64,000 bases of DNA, taken from positions 558,001-622,000 of the forward strand of contig BROI01000015.1 in the NCBI GenBank assembly GCA_027923505.1. The letters are read 5' to 3'. The position numbers and the translations under genes were made by a program. The stretch comes from Mayamaea pseudoterrestris (taxonomy: Eukaryota). The notes beneath the pieces were generated by a model. The model ran no database searches and was not told the DNA's origin. It saw only the letters and a program-made list of their open reading frames with translations. Numbering within the stretch: the stretch's first letter is position 1; every line of letters begins with the position of its first letter. Below, piece by piece: positions 47,815 to 58,140 of this stretch.

Positions 47815-50800
47815 TCATATGGTCCACCGTGCCCCAAGCTCGTCCATTGTCGGTATAAAAGCAATGATCGCAGCAATTGCCGTTGATTTCGCTCGTCGCG
47901 AGAGCAGAAAATGCACTGCTCGTTCACAGGCCAAAGCTCTGACAAAAATTGCGTTTCGATTCTGCGCAGACGCAATGGCATTGTCAAACGCACTCAAGAC
48001 CTTGCTCACATCAACAGCCGGCGACTTGTAAGCCAGATACTGCGCGCGCAGCAAGGCAGAATAGTGGTGGCAATTGTTGTACCCTTGTTTTAAGTAGCCA
48101 TCAAGCTTTCGAATCATTGATTCAGCCTTGCTGCGGTAGCGCTTGCTCGTTGTTGTTTGTTTTGTAGCCAACGAAAGAGCAATCATTCCCAAGAGGAAGA
48201 CTACCGGAGGCAAATCGTCCTGTTCTTTGCTTGGGCTGGTTTCCATCATTTCTAAAAGCTTGTCAAATAGGCCTTGCATTACTCCATGGTCGTCGTACAT
48301 GAAAGCGGACACCACCCGGCATAGTAGAATGTTTTTCGTAACTTTCGTCGAACCAACTATGTCGTCGAGGCTCTTGATGCCTTTCACACTCGTCAGGGAC
48401 ACTTTCCCATTCTCTACCAAGCACTTAGTGAGATCTACAAAGGGGGCGACGACGGGAATAAGACACTCGTAGTTGTGGTCGTGCAGCAAAACCAGTAGTT
48501 CACCAAAATTGTTTTCAAGGTCGGCAAGGTAAGATCCGACAAAAAACATGGACCAGAAAGAATGAACATAGTTCGCAACAATGCACGATGGGAGAAAATC
48601 GGTAGATTGTAATTGTAAATACGACTGGCGTAAACTGTTCGTCGAGTGGTCACCTTCGGTACTAAACCAAAGCGAAATACCCGAGGTAACCACACTCGCA
48701 CGACCATCGAACAACACGTGTCGTCCATCTTTCGCCAACGCAAGCCCATAAGTTACGAATCGCTTCGCCTCGTTTACCTTGCCGAAGTCCTTAAGCAAGG
48801 ATCCCCAGTAAACGAAGCATAGTGAGCTGAGCGAATAATGCGGACCGTTATCAAGAATCGCTTGGAAGGCCCGCAAGACTGCCATTTCGTGATAAATGCA
48901 GCCCTTTAACATTGTGCATTCGACTAGACGTTCAAGAAGATCCATCCGGTCTTTAAGTTTAGAATTTGTTTTTGTCGGTGTTGCTTTCCAAACATCCCAA
49001 TCAAACCTTGAAAGTCGTTTCTCGATATCGCTCATCTGTTTTTTGAGCTGAACAGCCAAAAAGTTTGTCGGAAAAAGCTCGCCGAGCTCATTCAATTCAT
49101 TGATTATAAATGTCACTGCCTCGCTCAAGTTATATCTTTTCATCATAATCGATATTCGCGTATGGACCGCCACCTTCTTGTCTCCGTAAGCTTTAGCATG
49201 ACGGATCACCTCGGTGCAGCTCTCATTGCTGTGCTTCAAATGCCCGCACTCCAATTCTGCAACCGCCAGCTTTGTTTCAAGAGACCTTCTCCACGACAGA
49301 TTGGTCTGCCAAGATGAGGGACCAAGACAAGCAATCGCACTTCTCAAAAACTCGGCCATAGCGAAAGAATCACCATCTTTCAAGCAGATGTCTGCAGCGC
49401 GAGTGTTCAGTTCAGCTAAATCTTTCGCCAACGAAGTGAGGGATAAATCATTGTCTGGTTTCAATAAACATTTCTGCCGAGCCTCTATTCCGATGTTCAG
49501 ATGATACATTGCGCGATTTAATATGCAACTAGATTCTCTGCTTTGCGGTGGAAGCACCTTGATACGGACTAGGTAAAAGCGTTGCAATCGACGACCGACT
49601 TGCCACTGCAGGTCCATCATCTTCCCTGTCGTTGCCAAGGCGTCCATCACTGTGTCTCTAACCGTATTATCGAATGCAAAAATGGAACCATGCGTATTCG
49701 TCAGCAAACCTCGTGCACAAGCATAAAGAAGCTGTTGCTGAACTGACTGGACCGGCTGCCGAACCAAAAAGGCAATCGAATCTGCCCCAAATAAAGGCAA
49801 ATACACTGCTGCCACCTGCAGCAAGATTTGAACAGACTCAGGCAACGCTGAAAACTGTAGCTTCACCAAGTGCCGCAAGACAGCCGCGTCGTCGCCACGG
49901 CGTGAAGGTGATTGGGCCAAGTCGCTAGCCTCGTCAATTGCATCAAGTCGCGGGACAGGGATCGAAGAGATACTCAAGGCTGTCTTGTAATTCATCTCTC
50001 TTGCAACTCGTAGCAGTGCTAGTACACTTCCAATATGGCCATTGGTTCGCGTGTAAACGACTTGTGCGACATTGTCGGGGCATACACCATCTTTCCAGGT
50101 AGGATCAGTCTGAACGACCAGAGACACGTTACTGTAAGACCAGTTCGGCAGACGCTTCATATGCGTCCCACTTTGCTTCTGATGCAGTAGCCAGGCCGCC
50201 AAGGCATCTGAATAGTTGAGAACATTTCGGCATACTGCTATAATTGCGAGCGGCTTGTCCGAAAATGCTACTTGAACGCGCTGAATGAATGCTCGCGCGT
50301 GTGGGGTAGCATATTGTAGATCGTCAATGATGAGAACAAGTAAGGGTGCCACGGCAGATGCCGATTTGTTTATTGCTTCATGACGCTGCTTCTCAACTCG
50401 TCGAAGAACCCAGCGAAGTAGTTGCAACATGGCGCCGTCAGTTTGATCGATGCTCCGCATGGTAGACGACATGGCATGTATCAGATCCCCTTCGTCGTCA
50501 GACCCATTTCGCAATGTTATATGCGGCTGGAGCAATTGGATGACTGACTGTGAAAGGCCTGAAAGCTCATTCCGAAGATTGCTTCGTATAAATACATCAA
50601 GTCCTCTCCAAAACGCCGAATAAGGGTGCGAAATCTTGTCATGGGCCACCAAGCTTACCCTGATGCAAAATTTCTCTTGCATTGACAGCTCGTGCAAGAA
50701 ACGAGTCTTTCCAGAAGCTTCTGAACCCTGGATAATCACTGATATCGCTTTGGCTGGTCCTGTCGTTTGCTGTCGGACTAATTCTTGAATCGCTTTCATA

Positions 50801-51024
50801 AACTTGGTCCGACCAACAAATGTCGAATCAATTTGGTTGTTTTTCTTATCATGCGCCAAATCTAGTCCATCACTATAGCATATTGACCTTGTAAGCGCGC
50901 TATGGTCTGAACCCGTAATGCTCAAGTCTTCCGAGGACGTTGTCGACGTACGCGTTCGATTTGTTGATGCAGAGTTGTCCAAACAGTTCAGCTTCTCAAG
51001 CGATGACCTTGCTGGTTCGCACAT
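47815..51024 (-). CDS. STAND-class AAA ATPase with a helical/TPR-like C-terminus (COG3899-like); 3' end probably frameshifted
   Basis: FVGR, Walker A GSEASGKT, PYSAF, Walker B LVLIIDDLQYA, RTNGH, LQVAA and C-terminal RALACERA. Confidence 0.8.
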   Translation of the reverse strand: MCEPARSSLEKLNCLDNSASTNRTRTSTTSSEDLSITGSDHSALTRSICYSDGLDLAHDKKNNQIDSTFVGRTKFMKAIQELVRQQTTGPAKAISVIIQGSEASGKTRFLHELSMQEKFCIRVSLVAHDKISHPYSAFWRGLDVFIRSNLRNELSGLSQSVIQLLQPHITLRNGSDDEGDLIHAMSSTMRSIDQTDGAMLQLLRWVLRRVEKQRHEAINKSASAVAPLLVLIIDDLQYATPHARAFIQRVQVAFSDKPLAIIAVCRNVLNYSDALAAWLLHQKQSGTHMKRLPNWSYSNVSLVVQTDPTWKDGVCPDNVAQVVYTRTNGHIGSVLALLRVAREMNYKTALSISSIPVPRLDAIDEASDLAQSPSRRGDDAAVLRHLVKLQFSALPESVQILLQVAAVYLPLFGADSIAFLVRQPVQSVQQQLLYACARGLLTNTHGSIFAFDNTVRDTVMDALATTGKMMDLQWQVGRRLQRFYLVRIKVLPPQSRESSCILNRAMYHLNIGIEARQKCLLKPDNDLSLTSLAKDLAELNTRAADICLKDGDSFAMAEFLRSAIACLGPSSWQTNLSWRRSLETKLAVAELECGHLKHSNESCTEVIRHAKAYGDKKVAVHTRISIMMKRYNLSEAVTFIINELNELGELFPTNFLAVQLKKQMSDIEKRLSRFDWDVWKATPTKTNSKLKDRMDLLERLVECTMLKGCIYHEMAVLRAFQAILDNGPHYSLSSLCFVYWGSLLKDFGKVNEAKRFVTYGLALAKDGRHVLFDGRASVVTSGISLWFSTEGDHSTNSLRQSYLQLQSTDFLPSCIVANYVHSFWSMFFVGSYLADLENNFGELLVLLHDHNYECLIPVVAPFVDLTKCLVENGKVSLTSVKGIKSLDDIVGSTKVTKNILLCRVVSAFMYDDHGVMQGLFDKLLEMMETSPSKEQDDLPPVVFLLGMIALSLATKQTTTSKRYRSKAESMIRKLDGYLKQGYNNCHHYSALLRAQYLAYKSPAVDVSKVLSAFDNAIASAQNRNAIFVRALACERAVHFLLSRRAKSTAIAAIIAFIPTMDELGARWTI

Positions 51025-51570
51025 AGTTTATGCAAGTTGACAGTGAAGGTCAGTGGTCGTAATCGTTAATTGCTCGAAAGTCAGAGTTCTTGCTTGACAG
51101 TAGCCTGCCAGAGATCAATGGAGACGAGTACGAGTGGGAGGGCCGAGGACGAGTATTTGCTTCACTCGCGAACACTTCTATTCATCTCTATCACTGCACT
51201 CTTCTTTGCCGCTACTCGGGAAAAAATCGAGCCTAATAATGAGTATGAAGTCTGATTCATTCAGTTGCACCCCCGCGTGTGCTTTCACGGAACAAAGCTC
51301 ATGGATGGAATGAAACATGTGTGTGTCGCACCGTTGCAATTTGAGTCCCGGTCATTATTTCAAATGATAAGCCCCTTGAAAAAGACCGGCCATTGCAAGC
51401 AAGGCTTATGTTCGCACATTGAATGACATTCGTTGTGGTCGTGGATGGCGACGGAGTCTTCCCGTTTCTGACTGTGACTTTTGTAACGCCGATCCTTCGC
51501 GCCGTCGGCAGAATTCGTCATGCTCATTGCTCATTAACAGCCAAGTTCATGCAAGCAACCCAAGCCGATC

Positions 51571-52512
51571 ATGCCTCTTCGTTTAAACAAGCTTCTTGGA
51601 AGCAGCATGCACAAGCTAAAGCAGCCTGTGCATGATGACTACGACGACGACAATATTTCGCTTTGCTCCGATATGGAACGATCGACGCACAATCATGCGA
51701 ACATGATGATGCCTCTGGAGCCTACAGACTTGATCAATCTGCAAGTGCAAGGCAAACCCACCTTTCAGGCATATCATTGCGTCAGCGACTATGCCGGTGA
51801 GGACAGTGACATTTCGGATGACGACGACTCGTTTGCTGGCGACGCTCCTACCCAAGAACGCACAAGCACATCGCCTACCGTTACCGATGGAACTTTTAGT
51901 TTATTTGCGTCTGAAGGAAATGAAACTGAGAGCTACTATCACCATGAAGCTTCAATAAAACCAGCACAATTCAACCCGATTGCCTGCATGGAGAATGAAG
52001 TGACCGGAACTATTTGGATCGAAGCAACAGATGACCAGACTCGTCACTTGGAATTGGAGATTTTGACGCGGTCGGAAGCAGCATCCCGTCATCAACGACA
52101 TCAATCCAGCAAGTCACAATCACGCAAGAGTCGCAGCAGTCGCGACAAGAATTCATGCAACGACGGAAACGAGGCTTCAACATTGTTGGACAACGGTAGC
52201 CGTCACAGTCGACGCACCTCCCACACTGCCTCGAGTCGACTTGAACGCATTGCCAATTCCCAAAACAACAAAAACAATGATGAGAGCGACAAAGACAATA
52301 TGACATCAAGTCGAAGCCGGCGCAGCCGCGTGAAGCGTACAAAGTCGACGGATGATACGTTGACATGCGCAGGGAATGAGCTGCAGAGCAGTGGTAGCTC
52401 TCACCATCGACAGCAGCCATCCCGCGACTTTGAGCATCGTCGGACAAAGTCTTCGCAGTGTATAAATCTTGGAACTGCAGTAAGTGTGCCGTGTGAAACG
52501 GTGGGGATTTGA
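51571..52512 (+). CDS. Hypothetical disordered Ser/Arg/Asp-rich protein
   Basis: 313-aa ORF with no recognised domain. Confidence 0.6.
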   Translation: MPLRLNKLLGSSMHKLKQPVHDDYDDDNISLCSDMERSTHNHANMMMPLEPTDLINLQVQGKPTFQAYHCVSDYAGEDSDISDDDDSFAGDAPTQERTSTSPTVTDGTFSLFASEGNETESYYHHEASIKPAQFNPIACMENEVTGTIWIEATDDQTRHLELEILTRSEAASRHQRHQSSKSQSRKSRSSRDKNSCNDGNEASTLLDNGSRHSRRTSHTASSRLERIANSQNNKNNDESDKDNMTSSRSRRSRVKRTKSTDDTLTCAGNELQSSGSSHHRQQPSRDFEHRRTKSSQCINLGTAVSVPCETVGI

Positions 52513-53225
52513 TTGAGTTGTACAAATTGGATTATAGATAGCATTCGCGCGGGAGATATTCCGGTGTAACATACAATAGCAGTGACGCTCATATAAACAG
52601 AGTTACGTAGTGGCATCCAAGCCTACTAACTACCGGTAGCCAAATGTTGATTCTAGAAATAGTACAATCAATAGACAACACATCGAGGGACAAAGTGTGT
52701 GCCTCTCGTTGACAGGGATGCTGCTGTGAAGACAGAAAGGCAAAGTGTTTGAGTCCAGCCTTTCAGCTTAGCTACATAGATATGAGATGTTTCCCAAGAG
52801 TTAGCCAAAACTGACCGCTCATACCATTTGACCACTATATCCACTTGTGCGGTACTGGCTTGCTGCTAACAGTATTGGTGTTAGCATGCGACTTCCCCGC
52901 TAGCAGCAGACAGGTCCCACTGTTTGATCTTATATACGCATTTCTCAACAAGTTCCAAGCCCAAAACTATTCATCGCATACCACTTTGACCGTCTACATT
53001 CTCTTTGTATCGCATTGCCAGGGTATTGGGCCGCTGGTCATAGTATCAGTTTCTGGGTTATGGGCTCAACACATTGTCGCTCCACGACTACCGTGTGACC
53101 CAACGCATCCAACGGACACCTCCACATTGAATCCCTTCCCAGAAATCCTTCCGACCGCGCATTCGAAGGGCCATCGAGCTGCTTCCTTTTTCTACCAGTT
53201 CGTCTCCGTATACGGTGTTACTACC

Positions 53226-54617
53226 ATGCCGACGCAGATTGAAATCAACACAGATTACCAAAACGCGGAGCGCTTCCCTGCATGGGTGGCCTTGAGCGTG
53301 TTTTCTGCCGTTTGTTTGGCGGCTGTCAATTCCGGGTCAAGCGGCACAGCCAGAGATGCGGCTGACAAGTGGGTCCTGAGCGTCGTTTGCCTCAGCATGA
53401 TTCTCAGCGTCGTGTCAGTTGGAATGTACTTGATGATGCGAAGTGTGTTTGTTGGAGAAATGTTTGAAATGGGATTGGTAAGTGGAACGAAGATTTGGGG
53501 TGGACTTAGACGCTCATTTTCTTTGCTGCAAGGTAGCGCTATCGGCCGCCAGCAGTGACAGCTACAATTTGCACCTCAAAGTCTAATTCAACGTAACATG
53601 TCTAATCTTCTTTTATATGTACAGACTATCCTTCTCTTGGCCTTTTGGGGAGCTGGGCTACCGGTCATTATGAATCCGAACAATATCATCGCGGTACGTC
53701 GATCATCAGGAGATAATCTGGGATTGGCTATTAACTGCGCGGAAAGCTCCTTGAGACGCTTGCATTGAATTGAACCTTGATATGGTGGGCGGTGCTGGTT
53801 GCCGGTTGGCAGTCTGGACGGTTTATAGTAATTGCCACACTAATAAACGGATCGTGTGCCAGGCGTTCTCACACTGACGTTGCACACTTTCAATAGGTCG
53901 ACAAACTTGGTTTTGTGGAGAATGCCAACCTTTACTTTTCAAGTTGGATGTCACTGGCTGCCATTGTCTACATTTTTGGATCGCTGGCGCAGGAGTACAC
54001 TGGCATGTCTGTACGCGACGTGGCACCTAACCGCAAGAATGGTCTCTGGTATGGGCTCTGCGCGAGTAGTATTGTCGTCATGGCAACCTCCGTTCGTTTA
54101 TTCACCAGTCGCCAATGTGGAGACGACTTGCAGGGCTCAACGCGGTACTGCAAGCGAACCAAGTTCGCCATTAGCGTTGGCGCGATTAGTTTCGTGGCGA
54201 GCGCCGTTATAGCCTATTTGCTGAGCATGGGATTGAGTGGAATAATGGAGTTTATCGCTTGCTGCTTTCTTTTGTTCTTGTGGTGCTTTGGAGTCGGTTG
54301 TAAGTTAAAGGCGTGAGATGTGCACATGATTCCGTCGCGTGGAAGAGCGGGGTTTGGTATTTCTATTATTTGCCTCTCACACAAGTCGTTTCTTCCTATA
54401 CTGAAAAGTCATAACCTTCGGATCGGCTCCCGGTAGCGTCATTGGCAATCTGTACTTTGCGACCTGGGTGAGCTTTGTGTTGGTCGTAGTCTTGTTCGGC
54501 CAATCGTTTCGAGCATTCATGAGCCCGGCGGCAGCCCAGACGGAAGAGTCACAAGAACAGCAGTCGGGAGAGAATGGGGACCAAGTTCCAGAGATACCGG
54601 ACGAGGAAGATATTTAA
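53226..54617 (+). CDS. Multi-pass membrane protein with an internal repeat; exons 53226-53477, 53625-53693, 53897-54299, 54409-54617
   Basis: GT..AG introns keep the frame; about 8 hydrophobic helices; repeated NLYF(S/A)(S/T)W motif. Confidence 0.75.
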
Positions 54618-54898
54618 AGTATGTGTAGTTAAAATGGGTTTACGTTTGCTGAATAGAAGACGGCGTCTACGTTACGACTTACTTGTTAACGCGAATTGGG
54701 TTTGGCAGTGAACGCTCCTGCCTTGCGTTGCTATAGAAACATTACGTGCATACAAATTCCATGCTGAAAAAGATACAGAAGATCATTCTAATAATGCAGT
54801 AGCTAAATTGACTGTGCAGAGTCATACTTTATTATGTCGGCCAATTGAATATCACCTCACGTTTTACGGTCACGACCCTTATTCGTCCATATTTTAGC

Positions 54899-55444
54899 CT
54901 ATTCTTCTCCATACTCATCACCAGCTCCTTCCTGCAACACCTGGTTCAGTTCAATCGTCAGTTCATAATACTCATCGCCCTTTAAAATACTTTGCGTGAC
55001 GCTCGCCGCACAATCCAACTGCAAAACCTCCAACATGCCGCGACACATGCCAGCCAACAACTGATTGTACTCGAGATCTATAAACTCCTCTGGCGGCTCC
55101 ACAAAAATGGTAAACGGATTTTCCACAAACTGAATGAGAAAGCTCTTGTTGGGTTCCTTCCATTTTGCTTCGCAGCTCATGCCCAAAAACATTTTAAGAG
55201 CCGTCACAATGGCTTCGGCTGTTCCTTCTCCAAAGCTTCGCGGAATTGTCGTACTCGAATTCTTGGCGAGAAACTCCTCCATTGCTCGCAATCCCATGCT
55301 GACTCCCATCTTTTCCAGTTCCTCTTGGACAAGATTAGGTTTTTCAAGGTCGCGCAGTAACTCACTGACCAAGGCGCCGTACGTCAAGGCAAAGAGCTCT
55401 GCATTTGCTTTGGGCTGCTTTTGCCACAGAACATTTGCTTGCAT
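54899..55444 (-). CDS. BET3: TRAPP complex subunit Bet3
   Basis: NAELFALTYGALV, LEKMG..MGLRAMEEFLAK, ENPFTIFVE and GMCRGMLE. Confidence 0.92.
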   Translation of the reverse strand: MQANVLWQKQPKANAELFALTYGALVSELLRDLEKPNLVQEELEKMGVSMGLRAMEEFLAKNSSTTIPRSFGEGTAEAIVTALKMFLGMSCEAKWKEPNKSFLIQFVENPFTIFVEPPEEFIDLEYNQLLAGMCRGMLEVLQLDCAASVTQSILKGDEYYELTIELNQVLQEGAGDEYGEE

Positions 55445-55917
55445 TCTTCAAGAAATGTAATGGGTAATTTGATGCTAGCTGCTCAAGCTAAAGATCGAGG
55501 ACGGTATATTGGCTGGATCTGAATGAGCGACAATGCATGACGCGGAATCGAAGTTTTATGTCGCAGCGTTATTGACTCTTGGCGAGGTCATCGAGTAAGA
55601 TCCGCTTTCTCCACGACCAAACCTGACATGCTGCTGCTATACAAGATAGCCTCTGTAGCAATGTACAGATAGGAGTCCTGGTTTGATGCATTGTAGTGAT
55701 TTGGGACCTGGTGTAAATGAAACTCTTGGCGACGACGGACGACGAAATGACTCGCGCAAAACGCAAAACATACACTACAACTCAAAATGGGCTGATACTA
55801 TCAGTTAAAAAAGAAAAGTTTGTATTAAATATGTAATCGTTGATCGTCACTAAGCATCCATTTTTGAAGTCGTTGAACCGAGGGACTTTGGTTGCCAAAA
55901 ATTTGATGGCCCCTTCA

Positions 55918-56196
55918 TCACAATGTCTTGACCTTGATCGCCGCCTTGGTCGGACTCAGACCAGCAGCCTTGGCTATAAAGGATCCTCCTCGTACATGAT
56001 GCTTCAAGACTTGAGAGGTGGCGTAATATTGCTCCAAAATTTGACGTTCTCGAAACTCAATCCAAGCTTCTCGGAGGGAATGGAGCTCCGACATGCTGCT
56101 CATGTCATCGTCAACGTCAATCGATGACTGAAAGGCCAGCCGCTGTGTAGCGTCATGTGCTGGCAGAGTGGTTGGATGTTGGAGGTACTCGTTCAT
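55918..56196 (-). CDS. Small hypothetical protein
   Basis: 92-aa ATG-initiated ORF with protein-like composition in an otherwise empty spacer; no domain recognised. Confidence 0.35.
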   Translation of the reverse strand: MNEYLQHPTTLPAHDATQRLAFQSSIDVDDDMSSMSELHSLREAWIEFRERQILEQYYATSQVLKHHVRGGSFIAKAAGLSPTKAAIKVKTL

Positions 56197-56534
56197 AGTA
56201 TAATAGTCAGGAGACTCTGAAGTTATCGTGGACGAAATTGCTTTGATGCAAACAAACTCTCTGCTCGACCGCTCTGCATCGCGACTTCGCAGGTCGTGCT
56301 TCTTTGGCCTTTCTGACCAAGGATTTGGTGATGAATCACATCATGAAAAGACAATTGCCTCTCATTCGTCATGACATTTTTGGCACGATCGCATGACGCT
56401 CCGTGGAATAACCCTACTACGGTAGCTACTCTTGAGTTTCACTAATCGTATTGGTACTCTGTACGAGTAGTAGTCCCTGGTATTTTAAAGCACTTGTTAA
56501 CACCCTCAACTTACAGTTAGTGTTTCTCTTGTCC

Positions 56535-57944
56535 TTAATTGTCGCCATTTATTTTGGCTCGACTCCTGAAATAGGCTGCAGTGGATGACGTGTCCGTCGC
56601 TTTGGTGGTTGTCGCTGCCAGCCCTTTCCATGCATCCTTGTATATACTCTTGGTATTTTTGCCTACAAAACATATGCGATGCTCGTCGATGCGACGGAGA
56701 TCAGTCATTGGATCGGGTGGATTGTCAATCAAATCAGCCACCGCTTGGAATGAACCTTCATGAAACCTGGCAGACTGCTCGAGCTCATGCAGTTCATGCT
56801 GGAGCTGTGAAAGCTGTCCAAGCTTGACCACTTGCTCGTAAGTCAGTGGACGTAAAGTATCTTCGTCACCAGAAATGCCGGCTTGCTGGTGCTGCTGCTG
56901 CTCGTACCGTCTCCGTTTCTCCTCCAGCACCTTGCAATTGTCGATGCGCGCAAGTAGCTTGTGTCGCTTCTTCTTCTGCGATCCCGTCAGTAGTCGCTGC
57001 TGCGCCAACTTTGGAAACCAAATGGATCTCAACTCGCGACGTTCCTCCTCCGACATGTGACCGACGTAGCGTGGTTCCATTTGCAACACTGCAAATACCA
57101 CGAGTGCCGTGGCAACGGAAAGATTAAGCGAATCGGCAAAGCCATAGAGTGGTAGATAGACTCTGAGATCCGCCTGATCCAAAAAGAGCTGTGTGACACC
57201 AACAGCTTCCGTTCCAAAGACTAGGGCAATCTTGTTTGGGAAAACGGGCCACGAGTTAGCTTCCACCAAGTCTGGAACAGTCAGTGGCACAGCTTCCTGT
57301 GATAGATCCGTCGCCCATATTGCATGGCCAGTAGCTTTTAGCTTGTCAATGCATTCTTGCGTCGAGTCAAAGTTTGTAATGGTGAGCCAGTCCGTCGCAT
57401 TTTGCGCAAACAGGTGATGAGCACGTCGATTGGCTACTTCCTCCTTGGTCAATGCTACTTTGGCTTGCTTTGGGTGTATCTTCTTGTCACTTGCGCTTGC
57501 AGCAGTACATTCTTCTGCATCATTGTCAACATCAATATCCATTGTCATGGTTGGTGGATCGACAATGTACACATTCTGTACGCCGAGCGCTTCGGCCGTT
57601 CGAAGAATTGCCGAGTAATTCCAGTCATTGGAGCATCGTTCAATGACAACAGTTATTCCAGAGGTTCGATAGCGAATAACCCCTTCCGCCTTGCGAATCA
57701 TTCGTAGATCTAAATCTGCAGCATCCATAATTTTTGGCGTCATGGTGTTGTTCTTGTTTATTGCAGACGTCATTTCTGTGGATGTTGCCGATGACTCGAT
57801 GACTATATTATGTTCATCACTTCGACGTTTCCTTTCGTCTTGTCTACGACGTAACTGCTCTTTGAGAATATCCAAGGCCCATGGTAGTGCCCACGCACTC
57901 GCAGCCCCAATGACAAACCAGGCAGACCGGCTAGTCGTCGCCAT
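56535..57944 (-). CDS. SpoU/TrmH-family RNA 2'-O-methyltransferase with an N-terminal hydrophobic anchor
   Basis: NYSAILRTAEALGV, ALVFGTEAVGV and LPLYGFADSLNLSVA (SPOUT motifs). Confidence 0.88.
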   Translation of the reverse strand: MATTSRSAWFVIGAASAWALPWALDILKEQLRRRQDERKRRSDEHNIVIESSATSTEMTSAINKNNTMTPKIMDAADLDLRMIRKAEGVIRYRTSGITVVIERCSNDWNYSAILRTAEALGVQNVYIVDPPTMTMDIDVDNDAEECTAASASDKKIHPKQAKVALTKEEVANRRAHHLFAQNATDWLTITNFDSTQECIDKLKATGHAIWATDLSQEAVPLTVPDLVEANSWPVFPNKIALVFGTEAVGVTQLFLDQADLRVYLPLYGFADSLNLSVATALVVFAVLQMEPRYVGHMSEEERRELRSIWFPKLAQQRLLTGSQKKKRHKLLARIDNCKVLEEKRRRYEQQQHQQAGISGDEDTLRPLTYEQVVKLGQLSQLQHELHELEQSARFHEGSFQAVADLIDNPPDPMTDLRRIDEHRICFVGKNTKSIYKDAWKGLAATTTKATDTSSTAAYFRSRAKINGDN

Positions 57945-58140
57945 GGTTGATTTTTGAAAAAGTGATGGTGCTCGCCGTCGTCGCTTGCATGTCCCGGTAC
58001 GACAAGTCGTACTGGTATTGAATCCCTGCGGTGCGTGCTGGCTCCATCTTGGAGGCGCACAACACAAAGTTGCTGGATCATCTAAAGAAAGTGTCCCTTA
58101 GCTCAAAGCGAAACATTAGTCTCGACGCTAAATCTATATT

